The notes beneath the pieces were generated by a model. The model made no database searches. It had not been told where the DNA came from and worked only from the letters and a program-made list of their open reading frames with translations. The position numbers and the translations under genes were made by a program. Shown here one piece after another: positions 56,787-64,000 of a stretch of 64,000 nt of DNA. Numbering within the stretch: position 1 is the first letter of the stretch; each line of letters starts with the position of its first letter. This DNA comes from the human T2T-CHM13v2.0 reference genome, Homo sapiens, in the NCBI RefSeq assembly GCF_009914755.1, contig NC_060926.1, one strand, 5' to 3'.

Positions 56787-59178
56787 AAAAGAAATATTAT
56801 TTCCATAATATTATAGACCATTATATATATATAGAAAAACTAAGCCACTTAGTCTTATCCTTTGCTCCCGAACAAAGACTCTCAAAGACATCTGATGCTT
56901 TATAAATAAATATTGCAGCTCTCAAATAACATCCAGGAGTTTCTGAAATTGAACACATTTCTTATTTGTCATATACAATCAATTAAATTTCTTGAATTCT
57001 CACTTGTTCATAATTCATTACATTCCCTTTTAATCTTCTTTTAAATAACAATTTTGTAACTAGGTAACTAGGTTATTTTTGGCTTAGACTTGCCCAGGAT
57101 TTTACATGAATAATAAATATTTTAAAATTTAAAGATCAGCCTCTATAACTCTAAAAGATTTTAAAAGAATCTTGACATACAGGATCTATTTCTGAAGCCC
57201 AAATATTAGTTGTAACATTCCAAATTAGCACGATATATTTCTTCACAGAATTCCGTTAATGAATTGTCTAACGTCACTGTCACTTAAATGAGTGACATTC
57301 TTCAGATCATTTTCTCATTATTGATTTCTCTCAAATTTCATCTTAATATAAATGTCCTCTTTTTGAAATTTCTGGAATTTTGAAGCTTAAAAACGAGGCG
57401 TGAATTTAATGTGGAGAAAGAAGCAGTGGCATGTCTCTATCTTGACAGTAGTTCACACACATTGTGGTTCTGGTGTGTACTGTAAGGAATGTTATTAATA
57501 ACAGAGTATTAAAAAGATATTAGTCCTTCTGGTCAACATCGTTTCTTCATTTACAGTGCCCTTCTACTCTTTGACCTTTAAAGATTTTGAGAATTGCTCA
57601 GGACCTACCTGTAGCAGGATGTGAAATTTTAGTACAGGGAGTCACCTAGAAATGGGCTCTAAAATTAACTTGAAAGGTGGAAATTATGCATGGCCAAAAG
57701 GACCCTTGGCAACCTTTTAATAAAGCATCTGTGAGAGATATACATCTTTCATTAAGTCTGACACTGCCATCTTTTCTCCTGCATTAGATCTGACTGATTT
57801 TTTTCTTCAAATAAACAATAGATGAGCAAGTTGACTGGCATTTGGGATTTATCTGATACAAAAACGATGTATCTTGAAAGACTAGAACCACCCTCAGCCT
57901 GAGATGTTCACACTTTGAGAGAGAGAACTGAAACCAACAGAAGGAAAGATGAATTCCTCATCTCACAGTCACTCCAGAGCACACGTGATTTAAATAGAAT
58001 AGCAAGCTGAATCTATTATCGTGTTTAACATATTATTCTTCCATCTGTGTGTTTTCACTCCTTAAGTTAATTTCACTCAAGGTGAGTCCCTTGTGATGCA
58101 ACTTTATTTGTGTTTGTCATTATAAATCATTGGATTCCCTGTATTCAAGACACAACGGGCCACTCCAATTAAGCTTGTACCAGGATCTTCTTTGAAAACA
58201 ATGTGTATAAAACATTTGCCTGAAGATTGAGTATATGCTTCAGAGATCTTGAGAAGGTGAATGTTGTCAAGGCAGAACAGTGTATACACCTTGAACTCTA
58301 GTGGAACCATGTACTTCCTGGCCATGATAAGTGATTTTATGTCACTCGTGATAAAGTAAATTTCATTTACACGTGGCATATTTCACCTTTCACTGCGCAA
58401 TGTGTTCTTGTGAAATCCAAAAAATTATGTCTGTAAGTCCTGCTCTGTCATTTCTATCTCTATGTCTAATCACTTCTTCAGTCAGAAAAGAAAGAAAAAT
58501 ATACAATTAGGTTTAGGAGCGATATCTCCAGTTCCCAGAGATTAACTGTCACAGAAATGTTACAGCAACTTTGTAATATTTGTAATATTTTTTGCTCAGC
58601 ATTTCAACAAAATTCTCTTTCCTATTTGACTTTTTAACCTTTTCCGTGTCTAAAGTTCTAAAGTCTGGGGCCCTTGACTTGCCTGTATATTAGAAGATGA
58701 ATGCATTATCCATTGTCTTTGCCAATCAAAGGGGACCTATCTTTCCACAAAACACCCTGTATTCTATTTTTTGCATTTATTCCCAGCAATAAAGAATATT
58801 GTTTACATTAGAGGTTGATAATGGCAAAAAAATTAAATAAAGAATGGATGAGTTTCTTCTACTTAGGAAACATAGTTATATCGTCAGCAAGAATAAAGAA
58901 TTCATGTGCCTGGCAGCCCAAAGGAACTGTGCGAGAAGAAATAGATACTAAGAGACTAAGACATTAATTAAGACAGAAATAATGAACCACAGTACATCTT
59001 TCAAAGACTGAAATAAGCTCTGCACAGAAACCTTTTTTTTTTTCCAGAAACTGACACACTCAGAACTGGAATCTAGTTATGATAATGGAACATATTTGTC
59101 ATTAGTAAAAAAAAAAAAGTAATGGACTAACTTGGATGGATAGGTAAGCAGTTTTCTCTCTAATTAAAATTAACTTTT

Positions 59179-59925
59179 GTATAAGGTGTAAGTTAGGGGT
59201 CCACTTTCTGTTTTCTGCATATGGTTAGCCAGTTTTCCCAGTACCATTTATTAAATAGTGAATCTTTTCCCCAGTGTAAATTAGTTCATCCATCGTGGAA
59301 TACAGTGTGGCGATTCCTCAAGGATCTAGAACTAGGAATACCATTTGACCCAGCAATCCCATTACTGGGTATATACCCAAAGGATTATAAATCATTCTAC
59401 TATAAAGACACATGCACATGTATGTTTACTGCAGCACTATTTACAATAGCAAAGACTTGGAACCAGCACAAAAGCCCATCAATGAGAGACTGGATAAAGA
59501 AAATGTGGCACATATACACCATGGAATACTATGCAGCCATAATGCAACCATAAAAAAGAATGAGTTCATGTCTTTTGCGGGCACATGGATGAAGTTGGAA
59601 ACCATCATCCTCAGCAAACTAGCACAGGAACAGAAAACCAAATACCATATGTTCTCACTCATAAGTGAGAGCTGAACAATGAGAACACATGCACACAGGG
59701 AGGGGAACATCACACACAGGGGCCTGTTTGGGGGTGGGGGAAAGGGGAGGGAGAGCATTAGGACAAATACCTAATGCATGCGGGGCTGAAAACCTAGATG
59801 ACCGGTTGATAGGTGCAGCAAACCACCATGGCACATCTATACCTATGTAACAAACCTGCACATTCAGCACATGTATCCCAAACTTTAAAGTAAAATTTAA
59901 AAATAAAATAAAGAAAGAAGAAAAC
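59179..59925 (+). mobile_element. 5'-inverted, truncated L1PA (PA7/8-like): antisense part about 59179-59273, sense part about 59274-59925
   Basis: Antisense ORF2 (gtataaggtgtaag...ccagttttcccagtaccatttattaaatag) is joined to sense ORF2 end and 3' UTR; TSD aattaactttt at 59168-59178 and 59926-59936. Confidence 0.9.
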
Positions 59926-60114
59926 AATTAACTTTTATTTACGTAGTAAAGTTCTTATTTTCTTTATAGGCTTCCTGTATTTCAAATTCCATGAACTGTA
60001 ATTAAAGCATAAAAAGCAAGTAAATTTAATCAAAGGCTAATGAAACTTTCTAATTTTACTTTATTTTATTACTTTTATTCACCTGGAATTGCCTTTATTT
60101 CACCCGCATTTTGT

Positions 60115-61020
60115 TTTCTTTTTCTTTTACTTTTTAATCGACATATAATAATTGTATATATTTTTATGGGGCCCATAGTAATGTTTCAATACGTATAACG
60201 TATAGCAATCAGATCAGGATTTAGCATATCCATCATCTCAAACATGTATTATTTCTCTGTGTAGGGACATTCAATATCCTCCTTCTTGCTATTTGAAACT
60301 CTATGATATATTTTGATAACTATAGTCATCCTACAGTGGCCTAGAACACTGGAAATTATTCCTCCTATCTAGCTCTAACTTTGCATCCTTTAACAAATCT
60401 CTCCCTACTCCCCTCTTCCCTCTACCCTTTTCGGCCTTGAGTATCCTTTCTTCTACTTTTCAACTCTATGAGATCAACTTTCTTTAGCTTCCACATGAGT
60501 GAAAACATACAGTGTTTAATTTTATGTTTCTGGCTTATTTCACTTAACATTATGTCATCCAATTCTATCCATGTTGCCACGAATGACAGGATTTCACACA
60601 TTTTTTTTCACACATTTTTATGGCTGAATAGTATTCCATCATGAACATATCCCACATTTTCTTTATCCATTCATCTGTTAGTGGACCCCTAGGGTGATTC
60701 CATATCTTGGCTATTGTGAATAGCGCTGCAATAAACATGAGGATGCAGATGTCTCTTTGAAATAGTGATTTCTTTTCCTTTGGATAAATGCCAGTAGTGG
60801 GACTACTGGATCATATGGTATTTCTATTTGCGGTTTTTTGATAAACCACCATACTGTTCTCCAAAGTGGCTTTTACATTCCCACCAACAGTGTATAAAAG
60901 TTCTTTTTTCTCCATATCCTCTCTCCAGCATTTGTTATTTTTTTGTCTTTTTGATAATAACCATCCTAACCGGGGTGTCATGATAACCTCATTGTGTTTT
61001 TGAATTGCACTTCCCTGGGA
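60115..61020 (-). mobile_element. L1MA 3' region, antisense
   Basis: acatataataattgtatatatttt...ttagcatatccatcatctcaaaca...ccatatcttggctattgtgaatagcgctgcaataaacatg. Confidence 0.9.
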
Positions 61021-64000
61021 CTGTGCTAATTAATTAGACAATACTTTTTACAAAAAATGAAATAATATCTTGCCTTTTTAAAGTATCCACTTACCTAAAT
61101 CATATGGTCATAAAAGGATCAACTGTGACAACTGCAGTTAAGTAGCCACATAATTAAATTCTGTCCTTTACAGACATTAATTCTGATTTCAATGTTCTCC
61201 ATTACTAATTTCCATATATAACAAAGGTGTTTACACAGTAGTGATAACTAAAAAGACAAATGCTGAGTTTAAGGTTATGAAATCAGTGTTTCACTTGCTA
61301 TTGCCTAGAAATATTAAAATGGAAACCTCTATTTGCTGCAGATTAAAATCTCTATTTCTCTTCAGGGTTCACATATACTTTAAAACACAACTAGGGAACT
61401 AAATTGTTATTCCTCTACGGTCTCCAGAATTGAAATTATGTGAAAGTGTACTTTAAAATCAATCAAGTAAATACCATTTGTTTATAGTACTAATGCTGTA
61501 AGCATTATAAAATGCTGATAGAATTATAAGAAAATCTCTAAAAACCAGATTAAATTGAGACATGCTCAGTAAAAAGCAAACAGAATTCTTAAGCCCTAAA
61601 TTTACGGAATCTTTTCTTTGTAGACCTAATAATTTAGAAACACTTTCATCTTGAGTTTTTGTAGACTGTGGAATTGTTTTCTCTCTGGAAAAATAAAATT
61701 GTTTTTGTTCAGAGGATTCTTGATGTCCAGTGTCATTTTTGACAACCTGTAAGTTTTTTGTTATTGTTTTTTGTTTCTTGTTTTATTTTGGTTTGGTTTC
61801 TCCATGTGACAGGTTTCCAAATCCCTAGATTCTTGAGCATTGCCACACATTTCTTTACAAAAGAAGAGGTGAAAAGGCCCAACATCACAGACACTATAGT
61901 CTCTGCTTCATTTCTGAAGTCAACAAATGTGTCCTTTCCCTCAGCTGTGGCATCTGTCAACTAGATGCATTTGAACTCTTCTGAGAGCTTCCCTTGGGTT
62001 GAAGGATTCCTGAGTAAGCTTGACAATTGCAAGACTTTTAAAAACCATTATTCTAATGTACTGTATTATAGAGATCTGGTGTTACAGATAACAACAAGAT
62101 AATGTACAAGACTTATATTTGTTAGTATTGCACAGAATGTAAATCAGTTGATCATATTGCCTTAAGTCATTTCATATTCAACTTTTGATCTTACAGATTA
62201 ATTTCTATTTCCCTTTCCAGGAAAGCTGCTTTTTTAATTTTCCCATCTAGGATCAAGGATTTTCAATCACTATTAAGTTTAATGGAGTCATATTTGAATC
62301 TTCATTTTATTTACAACCTTTAGGCAGAGCTGTATTGGCTGTCTTTGTACCTTATTTTTCTAACTAAAAACTAGATGGGTTTTAAATAAAAATTTAAAGT
62401 TTGGCAATTCATACCACAGCAACAAGAACATTAACTATAATCAGTAGAATTGTACGTGATTTTAAGAATTACTTATGTTATCATTAATTATGTTCTTTTC
62501 TGTTGAATGTTTCTACCTTATTCCACAATTACAAAGCATGACTTTGCTTACAATAACTTTTAAATAATTACGAATTTTTGCAGAAAAGAGCAATTTCCAG
62601 TATGTTACTTAAAAACAATACCTCAAGATTGTACTGTTAAGTAGTATCATTGCAATATTTGAGAAGGAAAAGATAATGCCTGAAATGTGCTCTTACTGTG
62701 AAATAAGATGGATAATCAGTACAAACAATGAGATTGCTACTTCTGTTAGGAAAAGAGGGACCTTCCTTTCAGTGGACAAGGTAATTTTTTATTCTGTTTA
62801 TATTCAAACACTAAATAACGACAACATTTTTCTCACAGGTGTGTGTGTGAATTTGCATAAACTGGATGAAATACCAAATAATTTAATAATTTGAAAATTA
62901 GGACATAAGAAAATTAAGGTTGTGTATATAATTATCATGTTTACAATATTTTTGATGACATGAAGCACACAACTATGTTTAGATGTGCGTCTGTTTCACA
63001 TAACAAAAAAATAGTGCTATAGCTAAAAATATTATTTTAAGAACATAATTGTCTGTTAGATTTCTCAATGCAGCCATCTGTCTCAGGTGTAATGATCTGT
63101 CACTCTGACTTTATAAAACAAAACAAAACCTTTAAATCCGATATATCTTTGTTTTTCTTAGTATTGCTTTATTAAAACTGGGGGAAATTTTTCTTCATGC
63201 TTTCTCAAGCATGATAATTAATGATGTAAGTTGTTTCTTTTTCTTAATTGCTTTGTCTACAAGGAAAAGAAAAATTAATTACTTTTGCATCATTAAAATT
63301 GTTCCTAAGCTTGTTTTATGATTCTCTGCTTTAAATGTCAATCCGAAACTCAGCTATTTGAGAAGTCCAGAAGAATAAGATTATCCCAAATTCTAAATTA
63401 TCATATCCCTGACTAGTCACTTTGGGGTTCACTGGCTTCCACATTGACCTAGCAAAGTTTGTACTAACTACTCCCATGTAAAATTGGCTGCCTTTCATTC
63501 TCAGGGGTCTGCTTGGATCATGTGGTTTTGGTTTGAGGTATATGGAGACTGTGTCATCTTTATTCAAGAAAATATGTGGATAGTGGAATTCTAACCTCTG
63601 TTTACAAATAAACAGTAACCTACCACTTTAGCAAAAAACTCATTTTGAACCTAAATTCTTCAAGATTCTTTAGAAGATACCAATTTGTATATTTTTAGCA
63701 GCCAGAGAAGCCATAAACCAGCCCTTAAAGTTCATCCTTAGACAAAAGTAAAAACGGCTTGTCATACTTCTCTATTCATTGGCTGATTTTTTTATGCTTA
63801 CTAAATTCTCTTTTCAAACCAGATTTTTCTTAATCTTCCAAATATTTTAATGAGTTTGTAATCCTTTAAGAAATGCATCCCTCTGTCTAATAGGTCTTAC
63901 CATCTAATTTATCTGTAGCACGGAGGAGGAAGAGGAGTATGGAAAATGAGCCCTTCCCTTATATGCCCTTCTGAAGCATATTAACTTTTATAAGTTTCAT

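Noticed and set aside
59221-59675. ORFs with clear L1 ORF2p C-terminal similarity (IPFDPAIPLLGIYPKDYKS)
   Set aside because: Truncated, inverted and frameshifted L1 copy that cannot encode functional ORF2p.
63331-63567. 78-aa minus-strand ORF in non-repeat DNA
   Set aside because: Non-ATG start, no recognisable family and no convincing splice boundaries; the length is expected by chance.

Overview
AT-rich primate genomic DNA. AluY copies and a well-preserved LTR12C point to an ape, most likely human. The window looks intergenic or deep intronic. I cannot support any protein-coding exon, RNA gene or CRISPR array, and the longer ORFs in the track lie inside Alu, THE1, L1 or LTR12C repeats. Roughly half the window is recognisable interspersed repeat: about 14 Alu copies or fragments (one with the AluYd 12-bp deletion), a complete THE1 provirus (TSD GATGC), a solo LTR12C (TSD TTAT), a twin-primed inverted L1PA, a degraded ERVL pol fossil, MER39/MLT1/MST LTRs, old L1M/L2/MIR fragments and hAT MITEs. 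The most interesting non-repeat signal is a series of DNA-repair or template-switch scars: two local duplications with about 1.6 kb offset and scrambled junctions, a 30-bp perfect palindrome inside an L1, and several fold-back junctions. There are also candidate non-coding exons on both strands, including a possible LTR12C-driven transcript. Repeat subfamily names come from remembered consensus sequences and need RepeatMasker/Dfam confirmation; boundaries of old repeats are approximate. I do not see a demonstrably new biological system.
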